A DNA stretch of 64,000 bases from Protoeuglena noctilucae (GCA_958009085.1 OY253670.1:1116001-1180000), one strand, 5' to 3'; positions 48,669 to 64,000 are shown, numbered from the stretch's first letter. Translations and numbers: made by a program. Notes: generated from the sequence alone by a model not told the origin.

Positions 48669-51600
48669 ATGGCCTGGAGGAGGAAACGGGGCAAGACCGG
48701 GAGGCCAGGGCGGCCCCCGCCCTTGTCTATCCCGGCCGAGGGGCCCGCCGCACTCGCCTCCCCCCTCTCGCCCAACTTCACGCTCGAGCAGGTGAAGGGT
48801 GGCACAAACGAGTTCATATATTGGTTTAGCCGCGACACATGCTAACGATGGGGTTTTCACGCACAGATGGCGTAAGCAATGCGACACGCCCCGTGTATGG
48901 GGATGCAGCCGCGATTCCGCGCCGTCCGACACCGTCCACCCGCAGGATGCCGAGTTTCCGGAATGGACAGTCGTGGAGCCATACCGGGACCCCCCGCCGA
49001 AGGCTGCAGAGCCCCCAATGCCCGGGCCCGCGCCCGCCCTGCCGAGTTTTTTGCAGCCCCTCGCGACCCGGTGGCCGTGGCTCGCGACCGCCGCATCCCA
49101 TGCACTTCGAGTGAGCATCGCGTTGACTTTCTCCACTCGACACCCCGCGTCCCTCTTCCCCTCGACCGGTGTCCCCCCTTCCTCGTGCAGAGCTGGCCCT
49201 TTGCGCAAGCCGCGGCCACCCCGCTGGGTCCCCCGCCGCACCCGCTCGCCCAGAGCTTCCCCGAGGGTGCGCGGCTCTCACACCTGGACGTGCCGCCCGA
49301 GCTCATCCCCGGATCGGACGCACCCCTACCCACCGTGCCAGGCCCGATGCTGGCGGGGGACGTGGCCCGACTGCGCCTGGCCGCCGCGGCCCGCGCCGCG
49401 CGTGGCGAGCGTGGCGCGTCGGATTCATCGTCCGACGAGTCCTCGGACGCCAGCAGTGGAGCCACGGAGGCGGGGGAGCTGGGGACGGCCAAGCGCCAGG
49501 GCAGGCGTGGGGCCAGAGGGGCGCGTGGGGGCGAGGAGGCGGACGCAGGGGACGCGGGCGACGGGGCGAAAGAGCTACTCACTTCCACGCGCGCGCCTGC
49601 ACCCGACGACGTGGAGTGGGAGAGCCAGATGGCGAAAGAGCTCGGGGTGTCGGCACGGAGGATCCCCGGGCCACGTTGGCATGCGGACCTGGCGCGCAGG
49701 GCCCAGGCGCTGGCGGCGTGTCCCGAGGCGCGGACGGCGACGGAGGACGACCGTGCGGGGCGGCGCATGTTCCCGATGCTGGCGCTGGTGGGGGCGCAGG
49801 AGGAGCCTTGGCTCACGGGGCTCTTCGAGTGCTGGCGTGACCCCTGGGTGGCGTGCAAGGGGGCGCTGTGCCCGTGCCTGCTCGTGCGAGGTGGGAGCCA
49901 GGCTCGCCTGCACGCCCCTTGGCATTGATACCCACTGCGTGTTGTCTGTGCTGCACCACTGCGTGCGGTCTGTGTTGCCACGCCCGACCGTGCCTTGCCG
50001 CCCCAGATGTCCGGAAGATGCTGACGAGGAATGCAGAGGCCGGCAACGCCGCCTGCTTCAAGTGCATGCTCAGCGTTTTAGTCGGATGCGTCCTGCCGCC
50101 CTTCGCCATCCTGCCGTGCTTCTCCGTGTGCCATCCAGGTGAGCTGCGACGCAAGTGCCTGTTGCTGCCGTCACTCATCGCAAGCGCACACTGCAGGGCA
50201 ACATGGGCAGGGTTAACAGAGCTGCACAGCAAGGCAGTGGATAGAACATGAATGGATAGGCATTCTCACGCAATGCTTTCAGCCCCTCTCTGCTCGCCAC
50301 CCCTTGCCCGCAGTCGCCACGCTGTTGGTGCTGCAAGGGACCAGTCGGTCCCGCGCGGCCCTGCGGCGCAAGTACAACTTGGAGATAGGCCGGTTCAGCG
50401 ACACGACCGTGCACCTCTTCTTCATGCTGTGTGCTCTGTGCCAGGAGGTGCGCGAGCTCAAGCGACGCAAGGCGACCCCAGGCAACTTCGGGCTGCTGCT
50501 CAGCGAGGCGGACGCCGCGGCGGTGCAGGCGGACGCGGACACGCTCCACGGCACGCGATCGGGGTGAGGGGCGCCGGGTGCATACCTGTAAGAAGTGCGG
50601 GGGACGCTTTTGTGGGTCGCACATCGTGGCCGCTGAATGAATGCATCTCTCTTCGACCCTCATCTTAGCCTGTGTGCGCCGCTTGCCTTTTCGTCAACCT
50701 CGGTCGGTGCGCCCTCGCAGGCCGGTGCCCCGTGACTTGGCCATCGACGCGGAGGAGGACGGATGGGTGGCGCTGAGGGTGTTGCCGCACTGGGTGACCA
50801 AGTGGGGCAATCCCCTGACGTACTATTCCATGACCAAGGAGGGGGTGCAGGTGCTGGCGGAGCGGTTGGCGGGTGGCAAGGAGGGCCCGGTGGCTCTGAC
50901 TCAGGCGCCGCGTCAGATGACATTGACGGCGGAAGACGCGAGGGGCGTTGCGGGGGGTTCGGGTGGCGGAGACGGGGCGCACGTGGCACAGGAGACGGGC
51001 GCGGTGGTGTTGCGGATCGATGCGGTGGGCGAGGGGGACCGGGAGGGGAGGCTGGTGTCGAGCGAGGGTGGCGGGACAGCGAGGGAGGTGGCGGGGGCGG
51101 TTGGGGCGGAGAAGAGTAGGGAAGGGACTGGGCAAGGGGCGCCGAAGCTGGATAAGGCTCCTGTCATGAAGGCGGGAGCGGGTGGGGCTGGAGATGTCGC
51201 TGCGGCACAGGGCGATGCGGGTGCGGGTGCGGGTACGGGCGGGAGTGCGGGTGCTGAAGCTGGTGGAGATGGGGCCGCGGGTGCAGATGCCGGCGGGGCT
51301 GCGCCCCTGGCGCCCTCCAAGAGTGCCGAGCAGGGCGTGCTCATCTCGGGCCTGATGACAGCGGTTGAGAAGCTGCGGCACCTCCCGTCCTCCCCGTTGG
51401 TGCGTCTGGCGGACATTCGTAAGTTCCAGCTGGGTCAGCTGTACGGGAGCCTGCAGTCGCGGTCCAAAGAGCACGACGAGGAGGGCGAGGGGCAGAGACG
51501 GGCGTCCATGGCGGGAGGGCGGGGCAGCGTGGACGAGCCATGGTGAGGGTCGTGCCAATCGCACTGTAAGAGCTTGCAATCGGCACTGGCACTGACAGTG

Positions 51601-54600
51601 GCACTGCTGTGAAGGGCAGCCGAAGGCATTCGCTTGTTGTGACTTGCGACAGTCGCAAGTGCCCCGCTGCTTTGACCCTCGCTTGCTGCTGGCCGTCCCT
51701 GCAGCCCCCACTGCAACGGGGCCGTGGCTGAGTCCACGAGGGAGATGGGCACGGGCATTTACCGCTTAGTGCCCGGGGAGGCATGCAAACACCCCCTGGG
51801 GAACACAGCCACAGGTGAGTGGGGGCGGGGAGTGGAACGGTCGAGGACTGGCGGTGGAGTAACGGCCCATGGCGACTTAGTTGACGAGAGGAGGATGAAG
51901 AGAGGCATGACGTCCATCGTTATTTGTTTCAAATATAGCTAAGCTCAGCTTTCGGCGCATGTGTCAGCTTGCGTCTGCATCCTTGCAGGGCTGGTGCTGC
52001 CCAGCGCGCACATCCGGCAGCTGGAGGCTCTGGTGGAGGAGGCGTGCGGGGGCGACGGGGAGGAGCGGGAACGGAAGGCGCGGTTCCTGCGCTTCGTGGA
52101 GGGGAGGCGGAGGCAGGTGACGAGGGCGGTGGAGGGTAGGTGGGGTTGGTACGCAAGTGTCGCACATGCCTGACCCACCCTCGTGCTTTCTCATCGCAGC
52201 TCGCCCAGCAGGCCTGCATCGACCAGGCGCGCCGGGCGGTGCTCGCGGAGCAGGCGGCCGTGGAGCGTTTGAAAAAGCGAGAGGCGTCGGCAGCGAGCGT
52301 CGCGGCGGCTTGCATGCCGTCCCAAGCGGCGTGCCTGCCGACCCAGTCCGCGGTCGCGCGGAGGCGCAAGCGGCAGCTGGGGTCCAAGAAGAGCACCGTG
52401 GGGGGCACGCGCATGAAGGCCGTCGTGGTGTCCGGCGACGGGGAGGGTTCGAAGGCGAGGGGCTTTGATGTGGTGCGACGTGGGCGGTATCTTAGCACAA
52501 GACCTGCCGGCACGCTCCTGCAGGCGCAGGCATCCACGAGCCCTGACACATGTGCTTTGCTATGATGTTTAAAACCCTGTGTTTTGGCTTTGCTTGGCTT
52601 GACGTTCCGCTGCCCAGGTCCCCCGCAGTCCCAGCGTCGGCCCTCCCTGCGCCGCCGCGTGCCCCGGACGGACGTCAGCGATTCGGACGAGTCAGACGGG
52701 AACGGCAGCACGGTCGGGGTGGCGATGGACAGGGGCCAGGTGAGATGAGGGCGGGGGTGCACGGATGAAGTGGCGATGGGCCGCGGTACGGCGAGGGACA
52801 GTGATGCCGCGGGGCGTGGCCGACCAATAGCGCAACAGCGCGTGTCATTGCATCGGCACTAACTGCACCCCGCCTCGCCCGCAGTCGGCCCTGACTCGTC
52901 CCGGCGTCGCCCGGCAGCGCTTCTTCAACTTAAACGCCGACATCATCGACTGCGTGGACTTTGACGTGGCGGTCGAGCCCGGTGAGTGCCGCTGCGGTGT
53001 CAGGGACACCGCCAACCTGCTCAGTCAGCCTCCCCGTATGCACCTCCTGTCCCTCCTAGGCCTGGAGTGCACTCCCCCACCTGCTCACCCTGCGTTGTGC
53101 ATCTCACAGGCATGAAGGCTCTATCTGCACCCACCGTATCGCTAAGCCCGCATGAAAGCTCCCATCAGATCTCCTATCACTGAGCTCGTCTGTCACGCCC
53201 GCAGAGACCTTTTTCGAGCACATCCGCGACCCTCCCCCGGTGCCCTTTGAGCGCCTCGAGCGCACGCCCTCCCACGCACAGCAGTGGCGCATGGCGTTCT
53301 TGCAGGCGAGCACCCGCCCCTCCTGCCTGCTGCATGTCTGTGCGGCCACTGAGAGGACTCGCCCCTGTCACAACACGACAGCAGCTTTGCCGTCCGTCTC
53401 CAGCACGGCACCCTACCGCTTGCGCCTTTCATCGCACACGCCCGGAGCTGCCCGTTGCAGGAGCTGGAGGGCGCCAGGGATGGCGCGGATGGCTTCCCGC
53501 GAGACGAGGACGTGATGCCCCTGCCGATGCGCAACATGAGGGACTTCCAACAGGAAGCGCGGGCGCGGAGGAGGGCCGCACGGGCGGGCGACAAGACGGT
53601 CAAGGCACTCACGTGGCAGGTGCGATGACCTCTGACGCCATCGCTGGCTGGGTCAAGTGTGATGGAGACATGGGAGATGGCCACCATGGGAGAGAGGCCA
53701 GCCCTGTCGCGTGACGCATGGTGCCGTTGCGTTGGGTGCAGGAGTACCGCGACCGCGTGGAGACGGGCGGGGCGCCGCCGGCGGGGCTGGCGGTGGCGCG
53801 GGGCGGGGTGTGGGAGCGGCGGAGCAGCGCGGGGCATGTGGACATCGCGCTGCGCGTGCTGGGGTCCAGGGATGCCCGGGACGTCCCGGCGACGGTGATG
53901 ATCGAGCCGGGGGGGCAGGTGCGGGGCTGGGCGGGGTGTGGCTGGACCCGGTCGTCGCGGGGGTGCCTGTGAGGTCGGCAGTTGCATTTTCATTGGTCAT
54001 GTGGCACTTTGAGTAGGGGTGTGCTTAGTCATGACTTCGTGGTGGTCGAGACCTGCGGGCCCTCGTTCATCGGCGCAGGTGCACGCGATGCTCCAGGCAG
54101 AGGAGGTCTCGGCGCTGGACCGGGTCTACTTGACGTTCGGGCCGCGCGACGCTGAGGGAAGGGAGCGGTCGGGAGGAGCGGCCGGGGCTTTGGAGGGAGA
54201 CGGGGTGGTGAAGCGGCGAGGCGTGCGCGCGGCGGTGGGACGGCGGTTGCGGCAGCTGCGGCTCGCCCGGGGGGACGACTGGCACGGGGGGCAGGCAGAT
54301 GACGAGGACATGATGTGAGGAGCCGGGCCTCGGCGTATGTTCCATGATTGCAGAGTTAGTGTGTGCCGTATGCATTCGCAGCCTCTGCAGTGATCGGTCA
54401 CGTCTTCTTGCCCCATCCCAGTGAATACCTCAACTGGCGGAACGCCGACATGATCACGAGCGAGCCCAGGGCCGAGGAGCGGCAGCGCACTGCACTGGGT
54501 CCCAAGGTTCGTATGGATGTGGGGGCTTGTGTGCGCCTGCAGCCCTGCAGCCATCTCATCCTCTTGCATCGTGGCTCCGCAGGACGGTCCGGGCCGGCGC

Positions 54601-54772
54601 GTGATGCTGATGCGGGCTGGCACCGTCGCCATCCGAGTGAGTGCTGGGGAGGTGCAGCTGGGCGCATTGTACCAGCGAGATGGCAAATGTGAATCACTCC
54701 GCACCGTGCGCGCCTCCGCAGTCACGCGCGGCGGAGGGCAACGCAGATCGGAGCAGCCGACAACTGCGATGA
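48669..54772 (+). CDS. PLAC8 (Cys-rich) domain protein with a long uncharacterised C-terminal extension (multi-exon)
   Basis: PLAC8 motifs 'WLTGLFECWRD..C..ALCPC' and 'RAALRRKYNL....D...HLF..LCALCQEVREL'. Downstream exons splice in frame at 50564/50720 and 51543/51704. The 3' end is uncertain: 50567, 51546, 54318 or 54772. Confidence 0.6.
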
Positions 54773-54987
54773 GAGAACGACGACCTGCCTGGGGCCCTGG
54801 CTGCGTGAATGATCACCGTGTCAGTCGACTCTTGACCCATGACTCAGACGCTGCGGCAAGCACGACCTCTGAAACAATTCGATGGCCACACGATAGGCCG
54901 TCTCCGCTTCAGCGAGCGAAATTGTGTCTTTGATACGGTGAACTGTCCCGGCTTGGCGGCCAGAAGTCTCATCACGTGCGGATCACC

Positions 54988-55771
54988 ATGCCGAAAGTTC
55001 AGGCGAGTGATGCGATATACGTTGCGCAAATGCGCTGCGGGCACGCGGGCGTCGCTTTCCGGAGCGCCCAACAGCCTCGGCGGACATGCCACGCCTTCTA
55101 GGACCCGCGACTGCAGGCGTCGGAGCCGCTGTACAAGGTGTCCAAGAGGAAGAAGTACACGGAAGTCCTGAGGCGAGAGTTCGGCCGCGATCCAGTCGCG
55201 ATCCAGGCGCAGGCTGCCCTTTGAGAGTCCGGGCCTCGCCCTTTCTGCACGCAGCGCGGCGGACCTGCAGAAGTTCGGCTATGGGCTGGATCGATGGCAT
55301 CTGGTTTTCCTGGTCATATGCTTCCTGGCATTCACTGGTGCGGCATGGGTGCGGGATGAATCAGCGGTCCTGCCGACCACCGCTGGGCTCTTCGTTCTTG
55401 ACCTGCCCGCGTGGGTACCCTGGCCCCGCCGCAGGAGCGATGATATGGTACGCGTGGTTCCTGGACGGCAAGGTGAAGAAAGCAGTGAACCAGATGAGCC
55501 CCGTACTGACCACCGTGGCCCTTCCCGTCGACAGCCAGGGCTTCTTCACAGTGCCGCTGCCCGCCATCACCGTCTGCATGGCAGTGGCGCCCGAGACAGG
55601 TGCCCGACGCCGGGGCGTGGGGCCGGGTCACCTCCACACCCCTCCCAGCCATGCAAGAAGCCTGGCAATAGGCCTTCCACCCATGCAGCGTTGATTGACT
55701 TCCCCTCGGCGGACAACCGCACGGCCTTCTACCCTGAGGGCATCTCTGGCGCGCTCGCAGTGGACCTCACA
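54988..55771 (+). pseudogene. 3'-truncated paralog of the 2-TM channel-like gene at 60636-62913
   Basis: Exons MPKVQ|DPRLQASEPLYKVSKRKKYTEVL|AADLQKFGYGLDRWHLVFLVICFLAFT|GAMIWY..FFTVPLPAITVCMAVAPET|ALIDFPSADNRTAFYPEGISG..LT align exon-for-exon with the downstream gene. Homology then stops about 200 nt before the convergent RPN13 stop. Confidence 0.7.
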
Positions 55772-55979
55772 GGCACCTCAAGAGCACATGCCGTGATTCA
55801 CACCCTCACCACACCTAGCCGACTCCCAGCAGGGAGGGCTCATCACCAATTCTCTCGTTTCGATTCGGTTCACCCTCGCCTCCATTCAGTTCTCACCCCC
55901 GCTTCGTTTTGCAACAGCTATGCACAGTGACCGTGACCCGCACCATTGGTCAGCTCTTGCCCCAGTCCAGACCAGGCAC

Positions 55980-57680
55980 CTACTGCCCCTGCTGCCCACC
56001 CTCCCCCCGCTTCTTCTCCTCCTCCACCGCATCCATGACGCTCTCCAGGAAGTCCGCCAGCCTGCAAGCATCGCACGCCTGACGCAGCTGCATGTGGGGT
56101 TCGGCATGGCGGGCGCCGCACGACAGGACAGGAGAAACACATAGGGCAATACACAGGACAGAGCTCTCAGGCGATTCAGTTATTCCATAGTGCACATGTG
56201 AAACTGCGTGGTGAAACACCCCTCGCTGTCGTGCTCACGTGGGTCCTTTGTACTTGAGGCCGAACTGCGTCGCCGACACGGTCCCTTGCGAGATGGCTGC
56301 TGAGAGCTGGTCCATCTGATGCCGCAGCTGCGCTGAGGATGCCAACTCACTGTGAGGACAAGCGGGGACGCTATGTGGCGTGGTGCTGTCCAATGCATGG
56401 TCATTCGGGCGATGGGCACTGACCGTGAGTTTCGCCAAACAAACAAACGAAGGCAACAGCAGTCACCCAGCCCACCGTGTCATGACTCACCTGAAGTGGT
56501 GCGGTGTGCGGTGTTCGGGCGGCATGAACTCCGCCAGGCGCGCCTGCACCGCGGGGTCCCCCAAGACCGGCCGCAGTATCTCCGGCCGCAGGAGCTCCCC
56601 CAGTGTGGGCAGGCGGTGCTTGGGCTCCCCACCATGCAGCCCCCGCCGGCCCAGGAGGACGGCCGGGTCCAGGGTGCGTGGGTCGTGGGACGTGCTGGGA
56701 TCGCGGGACCGCTGCAGCGCCTCCATGAGACGGTCCAGGCCCTCTAAACGCGCGGGACCCCTCGAGGAGCTCTCGGGTGCGGATGGCGGCGCTGCGAGGG
56801 TGGCAGGTGCGATGATGGTGTCAGCATGCTCCGCCGCGGTAGCTGACGCGAGCAGCGAGCTGACGGGGAATGCCTATGCGGTGACCAATGCCGGCTGCTC
56901 GCCTGCGGGCCTAATGGGCGCTCCGGGCGTCTGCTGCACCCCTGTCGCTGGGGCAGGCGTGCTCTGGAATGCCTGTGCGGGCTCTGCCGCCCCGGGAGCT
57001 CCGATGCCGTACTTTGCCACCGCCAGAAGGTTCGGGTCCCTGCACCAAAAGACTCCCGCTCGGGCTTGCGGTGCCGAGGCCATACACAAACGTGGCGTTT
57101 TGGCTCCCCAGACAGCACGGAAGCAGTGACCCAAGCACCAAGCATGTGCCATTCACGTAGGACAGGTCGCACCTGGCGGATTCGGGCTCTTGCATCCAGA
57201 AGAACACATTGCGGGACTTGTCCTCAGCGAACTTCACGGCAAACACGCGCGCCGAGGAGTTAATCATCTCAATCCTGCGACGCAGGTGGTAATGTGGGAG
57301 TCAACGATGCCAATTGCCGCACTGTTGGCGCGGATGCGAGTCGGCGTCCCTCGCCCCAGCCTCACTGCGCTTCGCCCTCGAAGACGACCTGGTCCTCCTC
57401 CGCATCTGCCGAAAGAGATCCATCCTCCTTGCGCTCGAACCACTGAATATGCACGAGGCCCGAGATCTGCGCAAAACGCCAGGTGCAGGCGGGATTTCCA
57501 ACGGCAGGGAGGTCGAACAGGCAACCGTCAATGCCTGGCCCGAGGAGGCCCGATGCGCTGTGTTCGCACCTCCGCGACCCGAAACTGCCCTTTTCGCGGG
57601 TCTGCCGCCAGCTTCTTGTCCGCAAACGTCATCCTCCCCGCTCGGAAGGCGCATATTTCTCGCTCGTCGTCCACGTCCAT
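55980..57680 (-). CDS. RPN13: 26S proteasome ubiquitin receptor RPN13/ADRM1
   Basis: Pru domain 'FRAGRM..KKLAADPRKG', 'LVHIQWFER', 'RVFAVKF...FFWMQEP', and a C-terminal DEUBAD-like region 'LGELLRPE..PVL.D..V.ARLAEFMP..S.QL..QMDQLSAAI'. Confidence 0.9.
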
Positions 57681-57991
57681 TGTTACGTGCCTTGCCCCGT
57701 CGACTCACAGTGGCCTTGTCTGCATGTGATTCTCGGTCAACCTCTACGTCGTCTCCGCCCGTGAATCGGCCCGAGCGATGTTTAAGACACCAAGTCGGGG
57801 AGGCCCTCGTCGCAGGAAGCAAAGTTGGAATGAGGACGGGACGCAAAGAGTCGCCATATCAGCACACGCGCTCGATCTCCTGCGAGAGAGTTGGTTACCA
57901 GGACTTGAGCATTGCTGGCGATCCTCTGGGCACGCACGGTTCCAACTTTTGCCACGATCGCCCGTCCCTAGCGCCCTGCGCGGCTGCAGCG

Positions 57992-60488
<2,497 letters not shown>

Positions 60489-60635
60489 GGGCGGGGGCTG
60501 GCACAGAATGGGGAGGGTAAAGGTTGGGCGCGGCTCCCGTCTCATCTGGCGCCCACGCGACGACCGACGACACTTGAAGACCTCACCTGAGGACATCCAG
60601 GGCTTTGTTCGCCCCGTGGACGCGCAGCGGGCGGG

Positions 60636-62913
60636 ATGGTGCGCCTCATGGCCGGGAAGACGGCCGACGGCCAGCCCGCGCAAGACCACCATGAGAAAAA
60701 GAAGGTCCGTGACTGCGTTGCGCCCCAAGGTCTGGGCTCTTCGAGCCAGGCCGAGCCATCGGGCGGCCTTGCCGTACCGTGCGGGGCGAAACGATGCGCG
60801 CCGGTGGTCGATCGCCATATGAAGCACACAAAGCTGTCGATTGTGTCCAGCTCTGCCGCTGCCGTGGAGCAGACGTCGCCATGGGCTTTGACCTCCGCCT
60901 GCTCTCCATCCGCAGCACAAGGATCCCGAGGAGTACCTCTGGGCTGTACAAAAGCGCGAGAAGTACACGAAAGTGGTCAGGTTGGTTGCTGAGGGCCTTA
61001 TGAATGTGACATGGTTCATCGCGTCGCGCCAATGCGCCTTGGCAACGCGCCATTCTTTGCCGTTCGCAGCGCGAGGGACCTGGAGAACTTCGGATACGGT
61101 CTTGATCGCTACCACACGTACTTCATCATCCTGTGCTACATCGCATTCACGGGTGCGTATGCGACTTGGCAAGGCGCCGACATGCGCCGGCATGCTCCCC
61201 GCCTCTCCGCGAACGCGGCGACGCCACGGTCCCGCCGCTCGTGCTGCAGGTGTGATGATCTGGTACATCAAGTTCCTCGCCGACAAGGTCAACCGGAGCG
61301 CGCGCATGATGGCCCCGGTGACCACCACGGTCGATGTGGCTTCCAATGGCGAGTTCTTCGACGTGCCGGTCCCGGCGATCACCGTCTGCCTGGCAGTGGC
61401 ACCTCAGACAGGTGATGAGCTGTTGCGGTATTTCTCCGATAGGCCGGGCCTTCGTGCCTTGCCGCCCTCACTGGCAATCCACACACTGCTCGCAGCGTTC
61501 CTGGAGTTCCCGAACCCCGAGAGCCGCATCGGGTTCTATCCGAGCGGCATCTCTGGCCAGCAGGCCGCCAACCTCACGTCGGATGCCGCTCAATGTGAGC
61601 CCTCTGTGCGCCTTGTTGGCTCACGTGTCCCTTGCTCCGTGCACGTTGCCACATGCCGCAGTCCTCGCTCGCCTCCTCTGCAGCCATCACTTCCAACACT
61701 GGCACGTTCTTCAAGGGCCCGCCCGTGCCCAGTGACAACCGGCTGGGTGGCCAGCCGTACTTGTCTGCCTACTACGTGCCGCTCAGTGGCCCCAACACGA
61801 CGGGCACGATTGAAATGATCAAGGTGCCCACGGCCACTGCTCACCGCATCTGCACGGATGCCATGGCCTGTCGCGTATCCCCGCCCCCGCTGAGCCCGTC
61901 CCGCTCTGCTCTGCCCCCAGGACGGCCTCGTCCGCGTACGCCTCTTCGTCTCTCGGGACGTCTCCGTCACGCCCCAGAACGTCTTCAACCTGCCTCCCCA
62001 GGCCGCCATGGTCTACCTCTCGGACCCCAAAAGCGAGCCCGATTGGCTCGTGAGCGCCAAGAACTCCACGGAGCTGGACCGCTGCCGGGACATCTCCTAC
62101 CCCAACGTGACGGCTATCGAGCCCGACGGCGTCTACCTCTTCCGATACCAGCAGGCGCGTGGGCTGCGAGAACATTCTATCAGAACAGAAAACAGTGGCT
62201 GCTTGCCGACTCTCTCCCTCTGGTCCACGCTCGCAGAGGCAGCTGTTCAAGGACAACGGGGACCACGAGAACCCCGCGGACCTCGTCGGGACCGTGTACG
62301 AGTGAGCGATGCGCCGCGTGCCTGTCCTGACACCGTTCCTTGCCCTCCCCTCGCTGCAACACGCTCGCCGTGCCCGCACGCAGGTACATGCAGGTCAGCC
62401 GGCTGGACAGCAGCAAGGTGTCCACGGTGTCGGACATCGACACGACGAGCCTCTGGCAGGGCTACATGCACAACTTGAACCAGTCGGATCCGCAATATTT
62501 TGAGAGCTTTATCAACAGCACGTCCCGGTGTGGTGCCAAGGACAACTCCAACTGCGTTTCGTTGTTGGATTTGTACTTCCAGTACGACGGGGAGATGCAG
62601 GTGGAGAGGTACAGCCTCGAGCAGGTGTACGGCACGTCGCAGGCCGTCTCGGATGCCATGGGTGAGTGCGGGGGTCACTGGGTGTCATTGCCCCACACAC
62701 ACGGCCTGTTCCATGCGTCCGCTGCCCTTGGCGCAACTGAGGGGCCGCTCGTGCGTCTCCCCGCGTGCAGCCATCCTCAGCATGGGAGTCCAGTCGATCG
62801 CCACGGCGGGCCTCGTGCTCTTCATCATCGTGCGCCTGCGCATGATGTACGTCGAGAAGCAGGCCGCGCGCACGGCTGCGCAGAGGGGCGGGCCGCCCAA
62901 GGAGACCGCCTGA
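60636..62913 (+). CDS. Two-TM membrane protein with a large extracellular loop, DEG/ENaC/ASIC-superfamily-like channel candidate
   Basis: TM1 'YFIILCYIAFTGVMIWYIKFL' followed by 'VPVPAITVC'; several N-glycosylation sequons (NLT, NTT, NST, NVT, NQS); 'LDLYF..VERYSLEQVY..AVSDAM' before TM2 'AILSMGVQSIATAGLVLFIIV'. All introns are phase-consistent. Confidence 0.6.
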
Positions 62914-63067
62914 ACCGGCCGGTGAATGTCAAGTGCAGGCATTCACCGCATGATTCTCAGCAGCAGTGCCTTGACTTGGGAAGCACAGACTAGGGTAGAG
63001 GCGTGATGCGCGTATGTGTAGTCCATTCAACAACACAACAGAGCCCGAGTTGATGGACTATGCTGAG

Positions 63068-64000
63068 TTAGTCCCCCTTGCCCTTGGCGGCGCCCCTCGG
63101 CCCACCCTTTCTCCCGGTCTCGTCCCGGAGAGCGAACTCATGCGGCTCGTGACTTCCCGTATCCTCGACGACAGCCGTGGTGAGGTAGCACGCCGACCAA
63201 AACAGGCACAGCTTTCCGATCACCCAGAGATCGCAGTAGTCGGCGAGCACGAGCAGAGGGGCCCAGACTGCGAGCGAGACACGCAGACGTCACTTGGGCG
63301 CCCAACAGCGCCCGACTGAGGTCTCCCATGCGGTGCGGTAGTGGACCGCCACATGAGCGAGGTCACTTGCACGAAGCGAGCAGGAGAAGGCAACCACGCA
63401 CCTGTCAGGACCGACCCCAGGTACTGGGCGTGCGAGACGTGGTTGAAGGGGAATCCCTCCACCCAGGGCACCTTCTCCCCGAAACGGCAGCCGTAATACG
63501 TCCCCGTCTCCCCGAGCTTCGCGAAGACGGCTGCGTTGAGCGTCTGGCCGTACGCCGCCATGCCCAGGCCCAGGACCCCGACAGCGACCCCCGCCAACCC
63601 GGGGAGCAGCCGTTGGGGCCCGAGGCGGCCGCGGAAGAGGGCCAGCCATGGATTGGGTCCCGGGAGAAACTGTCCTCGGCGGTAGACCCTGCGAAGCTTC
63701 GGCGCGATGCGGTAAAAACTTTGCTGGCTTGCCCGGGGACGCAGTTACGGCACCGGTGCAAGCGCGGCAGCGCACCCGGAGACCCACGGCCACGCCAGCT
63801 TGTCCGTATCAAGGTCATGAACCATGTAGAATGTGACGGCGGCGGCAAACTGGATCGCTGCGGCGCGGCGGGGAGGGAGGCAGTTCACATCCCGACGCGG
63901 GAAAGCCAGCCAAGGAGGCGCTTGATGTGCTGCAAGAAGCCCGCAGATGGTGGATGCACGACTATGTGTCCGATGGATGCCCCTGATGCGCCGGTCGATG
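63068..64000 (-). CDS. Phospholipid (phosphatidyl-N-methylethanolamine) N-methyltransferase, PEMT/PLMT family; 5' end outside the window
   Basis: 'GQTLNAAVFAKLGETGTYYGCRFGEKVPWVEGFPFNHVSHAQYLGSVLT|VWA'. Stop at 63068. Confidence 0.9.

Overview
This is eukaryotic nuclear DNA: very GC-rich, gene-dense and intron-rich, with short introns of mostly about 70-250 nt. It looks like a compact green-algal (chlorophyte) genome; that lineage is an inference. The six-frame ORF track is mostly exon fragments and GC shadow ORFs, so genes were rebuilt by manual splicing. About 26 protein-coding loci can be supported, in order: FAD monooxygenase, 2OG-Fe(II) oxygenase, scramblase, Nup50, NECAP, an uncharacterised 2OG-fold protein, GUF1/LepA, a hypothetical protein, F-box/LRR, a divergent actin, TIM22, WD40, Aha1-N, UFM1, Acl4, two overlapping small ORFs, NSE2/MMS21, a CH-domain+MORN protein, an ABCD transporter, a PLAC8 protein, a truncated channel paralog, RPN13, KATNAL2, a 2-TM channel-like protein and a phospholipid N-methyltransferase. 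No rRNA, tRNA, CRISPR or transposon was recognised. The main finding is an ABCD4 (cblJ)-type vitamin B12 exporter carrying an in-frame MMADHC (cblD) B12-chaperone domain between its membrane domain and its ATPase, plus its own dileucine sorting motif. Other findings are a DEG/ENaC-like 2-TM channel with a truncated nearby paralog, unusually frequent GC-AG introns, a candidate bicistronic locus, and an NSE2 SP-RING lacking two zinc ligands. All family calls come from motif recognition; no database searches were run.
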